Of a stretch of 64,000 nt of DNA, positions 1 to 11,638 are shown one piece after another. The notes below the pieces were generated by a model. The model was not told where the DNA came from and ran no database searches. It saw nothing but the letters and a program-made list of their open reading frames with translations. Every line of letters starts with the position of its first letter. Position 1 is the stretch's first letter. Made by a program: the position numbers and the translations under genes. The stretch lies in the NCBI GenBank assembly GCA_002269645.1, contig NIVC01000106.1, positions 875,502 to 939,501 on the forward strand, read 5' to 3'. Source of the DNA: Macrostomum lignano (lineage: Eukaryota).

Positions 1-50
<50 letters not shown>
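1..50. repeat. (GA)n microsatellite, truncated by window start
   Basis: Perfect GA dinucleotide run from 1 to 50. Confidence 0.97.
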
Positions 51-54
<4 letters not shown>

Positions 55-299
55 TGCAGCTGACGCACGAGAAAGTTGTAGGTGTTGGATCAATATAGTA
101 TACTCCTAGCCCAGTCATATAGAGCAGCTCATGTTAGCTAAGAGATCAAAAAGTATATTATCTATCGCATTGGCAGCTGACTCCCAAGTGTATTTTAAAA
201 AACCAACGCAAAATACTTTTGACAACGCCCTCGTAAATTGGACAGTCTATTTAAAAGCGCTTTAAACCAACAGAACTTTGAACCACAGCAGCTCGCGTC

Positions 300-3200
300 A
301 TGGAGTCAACTGAGCTGTACCGGCTAATCTGCGATCCAAGTCGGACGAGCTATGCCAGAGCTCTAACACTGCTGGACAAGCCGTCCGATGCAGACGTAAC
401 GGAGATCCTACGTCGTTGTAGTCGTCGGCAGAACACCTATTTGCACCTGCTGATGCTGCAGCTTCGTCGACTGTCGAATCGATGCAACGGCGACATCGGT
501 TTGGCGATCGCCCTCGCCTATCGGTTGGCACTGCGTGGCTGCGACGTCAACGGGCAGAACCTGGCTGGCAACACGGCGCTGCACATGGCCTGCTACCGGC
601 CTGCTGGGGACCAGCTGGCTCAGCATCTCATCCGGATGGGTGCGCCCGATTTCTGAGAGGCTGTGGCTCATAATTTTGGGGGAAAGTGGTTGAATTGAGT
701 GACGCTCATACAGGGTGTACAGCAGTTCTGACTCTTAATCGTCACGCGGAGTCTGAGGCGTTACTCGCTGAGATATTACATGTACTCATCTGCACTGAGA
801 ACTCGGGGATCTTTTAGTTGGTCCTTGCAGATGCGAATTTGATGACAAGCCCCATTATCAGTGTCCGCACAAAAACTTTTACAAATTACTTCGTGAAGAA
901 CAACACGGAAACAATAATTGGCTAACTTCGTTTTCAAACACAAAGGCGCCGATCCTGGCATAAAAAACGAACGAAATTGGCGAGTGTTTCACGACAACCG
1001 GCAGCACAAGGTCTGGCTGATTCGCAGCAGCACTGCCGCAAATTGCTGCAGCATGTGGAGTGCAGGTGCGGATCTTTTGCCTGGTTTATGCTTGGTCAGC
1101 TGGTGCAGAAGGCGCTGCAAATTTTGCTGGTGGCCATGGTTTTCACCACTTTCGGAATTCCGAATTGCACTCGCGGTGCACACACGAGTTTGTTAAGAAA
1201 CAGTTAGAAAAGAATACTGTTGAAGAGAGGCACCGCTTGACAGTACGCTGAATGAGGTCTCATCTTCGACAAATTTGGTCGAGAAAAAAGTGATTGAGAA
1301 GTCAGAAAACATCAAGCAATGAGTTTAAAAACTGCCAAAAATCGGTTTCCAGCAAAATTTGCAACGAATTAAGAGTACATAGCATCCATGGGTTTATGGA
1401 CTATTCTTTCACCTGCCTGTCATTCTACCATACTCGTATAATAAACCTGCTATTTAACAAGTTTGCGACGGAGTATGGCTGGCTGGTGAGTACAATATCA
1501 GGCTTGAATTAAGTTAGAAAGTTTACATGCACCTTTGTAGGTACAGCTAATATTAGAATTCTGTAAGTAGTTTAGCAGTAGGTAGTATCGCAATGTGTAT
1601 CTATTTTTTCTGAGGTTAATTTAACTGAATCACTTTTATTTTATCAATTTTGACGCGTCACAATTTAACCCAGACGTGAAGGCTTTGAAATAGTTTTGTC
1701 ACGTCACGGCGAAATCGAAACACAACCCATTGGAATACCAATGTTTAGGTTCAACTTATTTATAAAGTTATTCAAAGTGATCCTTCTCTAGTGCTTTAGG
1801 TTGTGGCCACCCTGATGCAAAGCCTTCGGCGAAATCGTCCAACAACAATTCCAACGCTGACAGGACGGCAATCCTACCAATCCCGCTGATTCCTGAGCAC
1901 ACTCAGGCACAGCACTCAAACATTGGCCCTGACTTTCGAATCGTCAGGCATGTACAATCTGTGTCTCTCTGCCTTGGGGGTTGGCCCTAGTGGCTGTGTA
2001 TCCCACGACGACAATTTTCATGCACAAGCACCAAATGAATGTGGCTGTGCAGGGAATCGAACGCCGGGGTCTTGCCCTTAATGGTTAGAGTCAATACTCA
2101 AAGGTTAGGCTCAAAGTAGCTAGTTTACAAACGCTCAACCTTGTACTCAAACTTAGTTGCCAGGGAGGACGCGGCTCTGGTTGCGAAATACCTGAACTCA
2201 TGGATTCGAGTCGACTCTCGTAGACGACGCAAAACTCTGCTGCAGTTGAGCAACGAGACTGGCAATTATGGCATCATCCGGCTGATGGAGAGGCACTCGA
2301 ACACTAACGAGCTGGTGTGCAGGGCTCTGTCCTGCGACTGCGACGGAGTTCGCCAACTGCTGGCTCTCAAATCCGGTATGAACCTTTCACAAGTGCTACT
2401 TACATATAATTCTAATAGCCGTCATTTGACCCTTCTCGTTGTGAAATCGAACCAGCAATCATCCGTGATGCACAATGCACATTGATTGTTGTATAATAGG
2501 GGCTGTTTCGAGTCCTTTAAGCGGCCACATTCATTTGATGCTTTTGCTTTGCTTATCCACGTGGCGCAGAGAGTGTACATGCCTGACGATTAGAAAGTCA
2601 AAAGGCCCCTGTACACCCTGTGCGAGCGTGTGTACGAGTGTGTGCTGTAGTAGCGCTGTAGACTAGTCTTCGCTTTATTCAGCTTTTTTACTCCGCAAAA
2701 ATATTGTCCCCAGACAGGCCAAATGTTTCTACGTGCGACAGCTCACAGAAGATCCCAAAGCCACTGCTGGCTGAGATGCGACTGCTCTCCCAGGTGCCAG
2801 GTGCTCAGGAACTCTGCGGACTGCTGCGCTCAGCTGGGGCACCCGATGAGTCACAATATTTTGGTGAGAAGGTTTTAGACTTTAGGTTGTTACCCAGTGA
2901 TGCTCAGTGGTTACCAAGTCATGTCTTGTGGTTACTAAGTGCCTCTAATCATCCGTGCCATGATGTCCAACAGACCAGCTGGAAACAAGTCGACGCTCGT
3001 TTCGCCTGTCCCAATTCTACCAGCTGGTTCAAACTGGCTCCACTGACAGCTTGGCTCAAGCGTGGAGCGAACTTGACGCCAAGCGGGTTGACGTGGATTG
3101 CATTGACGAAGAAACTGGAGATACTTACCTGCACTGTGTGGTGCGAAGGTGGGCTCTTTTTTGTTTTTACCTGGCCCTTAAACCTGTCTCACCAACCACC

Positions 3201-6200
3201 TCACTCCACACCTCCTCACTCCGCACCCCTCACTCCACACCTCCTCACTCCACATCCCTCACTCCACACCTCCACTCCGCGACCCCTCACTCTACACTCC
3301 CTACTCTACCGCAGGCACGCATCGGCGGACCTCACAGAGCGCAGTCGGCGCAGTTTGGTCCGCCTCATGTACAAACTAGCTCTGGAAGGCGTCGATCTAC
3401 AAGCCAGAAACGTCGCCGGAGACACCGCCTTGCTGACTGCGGCCAACCCGACTTCGGCGATGCCGTCGGCCTCCTCGGCAACTCTTCCACCGGACCGTCA
3501 ACTACTGGAACATCTTCTTCGCCTGGGCGTCGACGCGGGACTTCGCGGAGCCGGTGGTCGCGGTCTGGCCTCGTCTAGCTTCGGTCCCGACCTCCGACTG
3601 CAGCGAGGCGGCTGCCCGCGTTTTCGGGTGCCGGGACTGACAGCGGCGGTCCGCGACGCCGACGTCGGTCGAGTGCGTCGCTGGTTGGCGAGCCTTGGCC
3701 GCGTTGAAGCGGTCAGCAACGGCAGGAGCCTCCTTCAACTGGCAAGGGAAGCTGGTGGCGAGGTGGCCCGTCTGGTGGAGGCGGCCAGGCAGACGACGGA
3801 GTTCGCTGCGGCGGTGATGGCCGGAGATTTGGTTGCCATGCGGCGATGGCTGGCGATGGGCGGCGCAAATCGACTTGTCAACGCCTGTTTCCGGTGAGAG
3901 ACTTTAATCTCGAGGCAGAGCAGCTAGTCTGCACGAAATTGGACTGGGGCTTGACTTTCAATCTAGCCCATGAGGGCCAAACTCCCTACCTACCTACAAG
4001 AGTTTGTTCATGCCCAACAATGAAAAGCCATGGCAAAGTCGCTGACAGCACAACAGGTCGTTTGGACGGGCATCTAGGGCTGCGATGGTGACTTGCTCAT
4101 TGCTGATTTTGAAGGCGTCGTGCAGCAAGACAGCCTCGAACAACTCCTGGAACAAGGCCGTCCTCTGGCGGCCTTGAACTGAAGAAGGCAACTCAGGCAA
4201 GCCCGCGACGATGCCGCAGATTTTCGTAGACGCTGGACAACAGACCGCCCGGATTGACGAACTGCTGACATCGACAGGCGCACACACTCGATGTTTAGTA
4301 GACGCCGACGCCCTGGACTCGGTCGGCTTGCCCTGTGGCGCTGTTTTCATAAGACCTGACAGCGTTTATTTTGTTTTTTTTGTAGACCCGTGCCTGCGTT
4401 CGAATGTCCGTGTGCGCGTACTCTGGGATCAGCAGAATCGTCTCTCCTGCTTCTTATCGCTAAGTCGGCTTAGGCACTCCTCCTGCAAGCTAGCAAACAC
4501 TCCCAACAACCTTAAAATTATGGGTTTTTATCTAGCTACCACTACCTCATAGCTTACCTACACCATCCCCATCCGCCTCATTCCTGCTCACCCACTCACT
4601 CGCCTTCAGCTTCCACTTCGTTGGCCTCAGTACAGACGGCCTGACACCTGAGTTCGCCAACCGCCCTTTGCTCGCCGCAGCCGTAGAGTTCGCCCCAGCC
4701 AGCGTTGTCGACTGTCTGCTTCGCTTTGGAGCTCGTCTCGACGTCCAGTGCGAGGAGAGACACCCCTGCGGCCCGGCCGCTTTCTGGGTATTCAACGACG
4801 CGCCGTTTGGTGCGGCCGTAGGCGGGACGGCCGTCGCCGAAACCGTAGCCGCCTGGGCCGACGCTCGGCATCTCAGAGATGAGCTCGGGCGCACGCTTCT
4901 GCATGCAGCCATCGAGTGGCGCGAACTCAACGATGAGGAAACGTCGTCAACGCCTAACTCAGAAGATTTAGCATCGGGGGCTAAGTCGCTTGCGCCTCCA
5001 GCGACTCTATTACAATCGAAATCGTTTCATTCAATGCTGAACTCAGTTCGGCCTGAGTCTTCGCTTAGACGGTGCCTCAGATCGACGTCATTTTACACAT
5101 CGTCTAAAGTGCAACCGTCCACCGAGTACAAAGTGCAACCGTCCACCGAGTCCAAAGTGCAATCATCCACCGAGTCCAAAGTGCAACCGTCCACCGAGTC
5201 CAAAGTGCAACCGTCCACCGAGTCCAAAGTGCAACCGTCCACCGAGTACAAAGTGCAACCGTCCACCGAGTCCAAAGTGCAACCGTCCACCGAGTACAAA
5301 GTGCAACCGTCCACCGAGTCCAAAGTGCAACCATCCACCGAGTACAAGGTGCAACTGTCCACCGAGTCCAAAGTGTCGCTGTCAGAGGCCAGACATCGAG
5401 TTATTCGCCGTCTGTTAGCACGAGGGGCACCGTTGGCCGCTCGCGACGCGTCAAGTCGAACAGCTCGAGACTTGGCTAGTGCCGTTGGTGACTTGGAAGT
5501 CTGCCGCCTGCTCGACAATCACGTGACCGAGTTGGCCCGTCGAGGCGACCTAGACAGCGTCGAGCAACTGATTCTCGAAGCCTACGACGCAGGTTTCGAC
5601 GGCGCCACGGCGTTAATCGCCGCTCGGCGCCACGATCGCGATCTGCTGCGCTTGCTAGGCGAGGCACCGCGCTACCGGCGCCAAATCGCCGCGCTACACG
5701 CATCCATAGCCACCGGAGGCGCCGTCGCCGCTGCTGCTTTTGCTCGATTTGCCGGTGAGAAACGGCTGGCGCTCGGCTTGGACCGACGTGGCCGCAACCT
5801 CCTGCACGCCGCCGCGCTGTCCGGCGAGGCCGCACTGGCCGGCTCCGTGGCCGAGCGGCTTCCTGCGCTGGCTGGACAGGGCGACTGTCTGGGTCGGACA
5901 CCGGCGCACTATGCGGCTTGTCTGGCCGACTCGAAAGCGACGCTGTCAGCAATTTCTCGAGCGATCGGCGGTTTGGACATGTTGATTAAAGATGCCGTGA
6001 GGATTTGCGATTGACTTCTTTAGTAAACTGTCTATATATGCTCTCGACGAGTAGCAAGTGGCGCTATTAGTCAGGTTGAGTGAAAAAACTGATGGCTTTA
6101 TTATGACTCTAATATTCAAATTGGGCGCCTATTTTTTTCAATTGGACACCTATGTATCTCTTATCTGGGCGCCCCAGTGTTTAAGTTCGGCGCCACTGTG

Positions 6201-9082
6201 TCTGAATTGGGTATACCAGTGTGTCTGAATTGGGTATACCAGTGTGTCTGAATTGGGTATACCAGTGTGTCTGAATTGGGTACACCAGTGTGTCTGAATT
6301 GGGTACACCAGTGTGTCTGAATTGGGTACACCAGTGTGTCTGAATTGGGTATACCAGTGTGTCTGAATTGGGTACACCAGTGTGTCTGAATTGGGTACAC
6401 CAGTGTGTCTGAATTGGGTACACCAGTGTGTCTGAATTGGGTACACCAGTGTGTCTGAATTGGGTACACCAGTGTGTCTGAATTGGGTATACCAGTGTGT
6501 CTGAATTGGGTACACCAGTGTGTCTGAATTGGGTACACCAGTGTGTCTGAATTGGGTACACCAGTGTGTCTGAATTGGGTATACCAGTGTGTCTGAATTG
6601 GGTATACCAGTGTGTCTGAATTGGGTATACCAGTGTGTCTGAATTGGGTATACCAGTGTGTCTGAATTGGGTACACCAGTGTGTCTGAATTGGGTATACC
6701 AGTGTGTCTGAATTGGGTATACCAGTGTGTCTGAATTGGGTACACCAGTGTGTCTGAATTGGGTATACCAGTGTGTCTGAATTGGGCGCCACCGTGTCTG
6801 AATTGGGTATACCAGTGTGTCTGAATTGGGTACACCAGTGTGTCTGAATTGGGTATACCAGTGTGTCTGAATTGGGTATACCAGTGTGTCTGAATTGGGT
6901 ATACCAGTGTGTCTGAATTGGGTATACCAGTGTGTCTGAATTGGGTATACCAGTGTGTCTGAATTGGGTACACCAGTGTGTCTGAATTGGGTATACCAGT
7001 GTGTCTGAATTGGGTATACCAGTGTGTCTGAATTGGGTACACCAGTGTGTCTGAATTGGGTATACCAGTGTGTCTGAATTGGGCGCCACCGTGTCTGAAT
7101 TGGGTACACCAGTGTGTCTGAATTGGGTACACCAGTGTGTCTGAATTGGGTATACCAGTGTGTCTGAATTGGGTATACCAGTGTGTCTGAATTGGGTATA
7201 CCAGTGTGTCTGAATTGGGTATACCAGTGTGTCTGAATTGGGTATACCAGTGTGTCTGAATTGGGTACACCAGTGTGTCTGAATTGGGTATACCAGTGTG
7301 TCTGAATTGGGTATACCAGTGTGTCTGAATTGGGTACACCAGTGTGTCTGAATTGGGTATACCAGTGTGTCTGAATTGGGTACACCAGTGTGTCTGAATT
7401 GGGTATACCAGTGTGTCTGAATTGGGTATACCAGTGTGTCTGAATTGGGTACACCAGTGTGTCTGAATTGGGTATACCAGTGTGTCTGAATTGGGCGCCA
7501 CCGTGTCTGAATTGGGTACACCAGTGTGTCTGAATTGGGTACACCAGTGTGTCTGAATTGGGTATACCAGTGTGTCTGAATTGGGTACACCAGTGTGTCT
7601 GAATTGGGTACACCAGTGTGTCTGAATTGGGCGCCACCGTGTCTGAATTGGGTATGCCACTGTGTCTGAATTGGGCGCCACCGTGTCTGAATTGGGCGCC
7701 ACTGTGTCTGAATTGGGCGCCACTGTGTCTGAATTGGGCGCCACTGTGTCTGAATTGGGCGCCACTGTGTCTGAATTGGGCACCACTGTGTCTGAATTGG
7801 GTATACCACTGTGTCTGAATTGGGTGCCACTGTGTCTGAATTGGGCGCCACTGTGTCTGAATTGGGTACACCAGTGTGTCTGAATTGGGTATACCAGTGT
7901 GTCTGAATTGGGCGCCACCGTGTCTGAATTGGGTACACCAGTGTGTCTGAATTGGGTACACCAGTGTGTCTGAATTGGGTATACCAGTGTGTCTGAATTG
8001 GGTACACCAGTGTGTCTGAATTGGGTACACCAGTGTGTCTGAATTGGGTATACCAGTGTGTCTGAATTGGGTATACCAGTGTGTCTGAATTGGGTATACC
8101 AGTGTGTCTGAATTGGGTACACCAGTGTGTCTGAATTGGGTACACCAGTGTGTCTGAATTGGGTACACCAGTGTGTCTGAATTGGGTATACCAGTGTGTC
8201 TGAATTGGGTACACCAGTGTGTCTGAATTGGGTACACCAGTGTGTCTGAATTGGGCGCCACCGTGTCTGAATTGGGTATGCCACTGTGTCTGAATTGGGC
8301 GCCACCGTGTCTGAATTGGGCGCCACTGTGTCTGAATTGGGCGCCACTGTGTCTGAATTGGGCGCCACTGTGTCTGAATTGGGCGCCACTGTGTCTGAAT
8401 TGGGCACCACTGTGTCTGAATTGGGTATACCACTGTGTCTGAATTGGGTGCCACTGTGTCTGAATTGGGCGCCACTGTGTCTGAATTGGGTGCCACTGTG
8501 TCTGAATTGGGCGCCACTGTGTCTGAATTGGGCGCCACTGTGTCTGAATTGGGCGCCACTGTGTCTGAATTGGGCGCCACTGTGTCTGAATTGGGCACCA
8601 CTGTGTCTGAATTGGGTATACCACTTGCACTCTGTCTGAATTGGCGTCGCCCTCGTAGAAATAGGCTGCTTATACTACTTACTGTAAGTAGTAAAAGAGT
8701 TTCTTCCAGAAAAGAAACTGAATGCCAATACAAATTTTGCAGAACAATCTCAGCGTATTTGACTATCTAGAGCAGATGGATCGGCCAACACAAAAAAAAC
8801 TGAAGTCACCAAGCAGAAGAATACTTAATTATCAGGTAAGAGTGACTTCATTACGCTTGTATAAAGCTTTACTTTTCTCTAAACCTAATTATTAGCGTTT
8901 TAAATCTGCCTAAACCTGCTTAGGTTAGAGATCTAATAGACATCGAGCGGAGAGCTACAGTTTCAGTTGGCCCAGTTATCAACGAAATCGCTGCTGCATC
9001 AACCGAAAACGACTCCGAATCGACTGACAGCCAAAAGGCTGACACAGACTTGCCTATGATTCGCATCGATATCGTCGATTGA
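300..9082 (+). CDS. Multi-exon ankyrin-repeat protein (~1062 aa) with two tandem N-terminal modules
   Basis: Exons 300-639, 946-1065, 2157-2375, 2714-2863, 2974-3148, 3315-3893, 4610-5996, 8776-8835, 8924-9082. All have GT-AG ends and compatible phases; total 3189 nt. Ankyrin-type motifs: GNTALHMAC, GDTYLHCVV, GDTALLTAA, GRTLLHAAI, GRNLLHAAA, GRTPAHYAA. Confidence 0.8.
1745..2095 (-). mobile_element. Putative tRNA-derived SINE-like element in ankyrin gene intron 2
   Basis: B-box-like GTTCGATTCCC on the minus strand near 2050-2065, followed by a GC-richer body. A 27-nt piece of it recurs inverted at 2574-2600. Confidence 0.4.
3190..3305. repeat. Low-complexity CACTC/CCTC repeat in ankyrin intron 5
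   Basis: Degenerate cactcc/cctcactc units just upstream of the acceptor at 3314. Confidence 0.75.
5106..5375 (+). repeat. Coding 24-bp minisatellite, 11 units of KVQPSTE(S/Y)
   Basis: AAAGTGCAACCGTCCACCGAGT(A/C)C x11, in frame inside exon 4610-5996. Confidence 0.93.
6165..8645. repeat. Intronic minisatellite with 21/23-bp unit variants
   Basis: GTGTCTGAATTGGG followed by TATACCAGT, TACACCAGT or CGCCACT, over ~2.5 kb inside ankyrin intron 7. Confidence 0.97.
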
Positions 9083-9119
9083 ACGGTGAATTACGATTTT
9101 TGTTTAGCATACATCTCAA

Positions 9120-9790
9120 CCCCAGCCCACTATCTGATGCGGCTTTCCTTACCCTCAACCCCACTCCACTATCTGATGTGACTTTCCTTACCCCTCAACC
9201 CCGCCCCACTATCTGATGCGGCTTTCCTTACCCCTCAACCCCGCCCTACTATCTGATGTGACTTTCCTTACCCCTCAACCCCACCCCACTATCTGATGTG
9301 ACTTTCCTTACCCCTCAACCCCACCCCACTATCTGATGTGACTTTCCTTATCCCTCAACCCCACTCTACTATCTTATGCGGCTTTCCTTACCCTCAACCC
9401 CACTCCACTATCTGATGTGACTTTCCTTACCCCTCAACCCCGCCCCACTATCTGATGCGGCTTTCCTTACCCCTCAACCCCGCCCTACTATCTGATGTGA
9501 CTTTCCTTACCCCTCAACCCCACCCCACTATCTGATGTGACTTTCCTTACCCCTCAACCCCACCCCACTATCTGATGTGACTTTCCTTACCCCTCAACCC
9601 ACTCCACTATCTGATGTGACTTTGCTTACCCCTCAACCCCACCCCACTATCTGATGCGAATTTTCTTACCCCTACAACCCCGCCCCACTATCTGATGCGG
9701 CTTTCCTTACCCCTCAACCCCGCCCCACTATCTGATGCGGCTTTCCTTATCCCTTAACCCCGCTCCCACTATCTGATTGGACCTTTCTCA
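9120..9790. repeat. 40-bp minisatellite downstream of the ankyrin gene stop
   Basis: CTATCTGATGTGACTTTCCTTACCCCTCAACCCCACCCCA units. Confidence 0.95.
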
Positions 9791-10000
9791 CCCCTCCATT
9801 GCCAATGCTAGCAAAATTTTCAAGCTAACGTCCGTCAAAAAATCTGAAACTTTGATTTAAAATCCCAAATAAATTTAAACATCCAAACACTGGTGTTAAA
9901 GTTATTATCATTTTATTTGTCATTTTCTTTTGTTACCATCAATGTACATGCTCAGTCAGAATGGTGTAACATTCGATTAGCGAGTGCTCGACCTCGTCAG

Positions 10001-10281
10001 TCAGTTGTCGTAGACATAGCCAATCGGTGGGCCGCCCTCCACCTCTTCGCACATGATCTCGTACTTCAGGCACAGTCGCAGCACCTGCAGTCTGTACTTT
10101 TGCTGCGACTCATCGCTTAGGTACCGCCGAATGCGTCTCTCGCCCATGCCTAGTTCCGATGACGTCATAGCAGCTTTGCCGTCGCGAGCGTCGCTAGATT
10201 CATCGTCGACTAGTGTAGTGGCCATTGTTGTGGAGACAATGACAGCCAGCAGTAGGAGAGCTGAGGGTTGGAGTAGACCGA
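10001..10281 (-). CDS. Putative terminal exon of a small secreted prohormone-like protein
   Basis: The frame is open upstream of the listed ORF and gives hydrophobic LLQPSALLLLAVIVSTTMA, then an acidic spacer, an RRIRR basic site and a 40-aa peptide with C-x6-C. Candidate acceptor TTCAG at 10282; start exon not found. Confidence 0.45.
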
Positions 10282-10554
10282 CTGAATTGATGGATTTGAC
10301 AAATGGTGGTGGGTTCGTGAAGGATTGAGCTCGTTTTTACTCAGCTATAGAACTTCTGTTTGCCCAAATTGAGCTGCAGTGAATCGTGAATGTCTGCTTG
10401 AAAGACGAGACACAGCATGGTGTCGGAGTGATTTGGAATGCGATTTTAAACAACAAGAAGGAGCTCTATTTTTGCCAAAATACAAGCTAGTCCTTGTGCA
10501 GTTAGTAATTACTGCCTGTATGCTAAGCATCCACAACTTTATCACCCATTAACT

Positions 10555-10655
10555 CAGCACCAATCCCCTCAGCCCCCACTACCTCAGTATCCACCATTTC
10601 AGCACCCACCACCTCAGCATCCACCACCTAAGCACCCACCACCTAAGCACCCATG
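10555..10655. repeat. Short ~15-bp tandem repeat (CAGCACCCACCACCT-like)
   Basis: About 6 degenerate units. Confidence 0.7.
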
Positions 10656-11638
10656 CTAAGATTAATTAAAAACAATTTAAGTTTTCTCACCAAAGAACGA
10701 CCCCATGCTTTTGGAAGTTGCGTTTGAAGTTTTTGCTTTTGTATTTTTTGTTGTTGCTGCTATCTAATCAGCACAGATCGGGACACCAAATATGAGAAGA
10801 GGCCGACAAGGTACCGACAGTCCCTCCAAATGACTGCAGATGTAGTCATATTCCCAGTCAGTCGGTCAGTCTCAGCCAGTCAGAGTCCGGCTATTCTCAT
10901 TCGCTCCTTGTGCTCCGATTCGCTGAAGAGAGAGAATCGGCACTGATGCAGAGCAAACTGGTGAAAAAATTCCTAAGAATATTAATAAGGCCCAACTTCA
11001 TTAGTGCCTCTGAGAGTTCATTAGCCGGTAAAGGTGCTTATGGCTGCTGGCGCACCAGGGGCTAATGCTGACTTTATGACCTCCATCCGTGCAGGATAAT
11101 TTCCTGAAGAAGATCTCCGTCTTCCTATTGCCGGATGCAATCTCGAGCCGCCAGATAATATCCGCAGTAGGCCATCCGGCAAGGGGCTAAGCCAGCTGCC
11201 TTATCTATTAATCTGGCTGTCCCCAAGCTGTGGAAGTAACGAACCGTTGACGACACGCATGTAACCAATTCCTTGTGTACTCTTGATTGGAATGACCAGC
11301 GCTGACCCAGCTGAGCCCGTCTCGAATCCAGCTGCCCGAGCGATTCCTAATCCTGTAATCTCTGTTCTGAAATTGATCCAGCCGATATCGTCAGACATGT
11401 ACGCTCGTACCGATTATCAAGGACTGATAAAATTTGGGATACATCGGTGATAGACAAATTTACAAGGCCTTCGCTTGGCACTGATAAATATATATATCGT
11501 TTCGATAGAGGCCTTAATCTTATTCATTTCCTGATGAATTTGGTGCAAAAATCGACTGTACAAAATGAAAACTAATGTTAATACAAAAACACGAGCTACA
11601 TGCATGTACTACAGTCACAACACAAAGCTCCAGAACGA

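Noticed and set aside
6150-8733. 750-850 aa ORFs in three minus frames
   Set aside because: They are translations of a stop-free intronic minisatellite, open in several frames at once, with no protein-like complexity.
10980-11400. Possible LINE reverse-transcriptase C-terminal remnant or small ORF (MSDDIGW...)
   Set aside because: Only a vague motif resemblance with stops in all frames; unsupported without a search.
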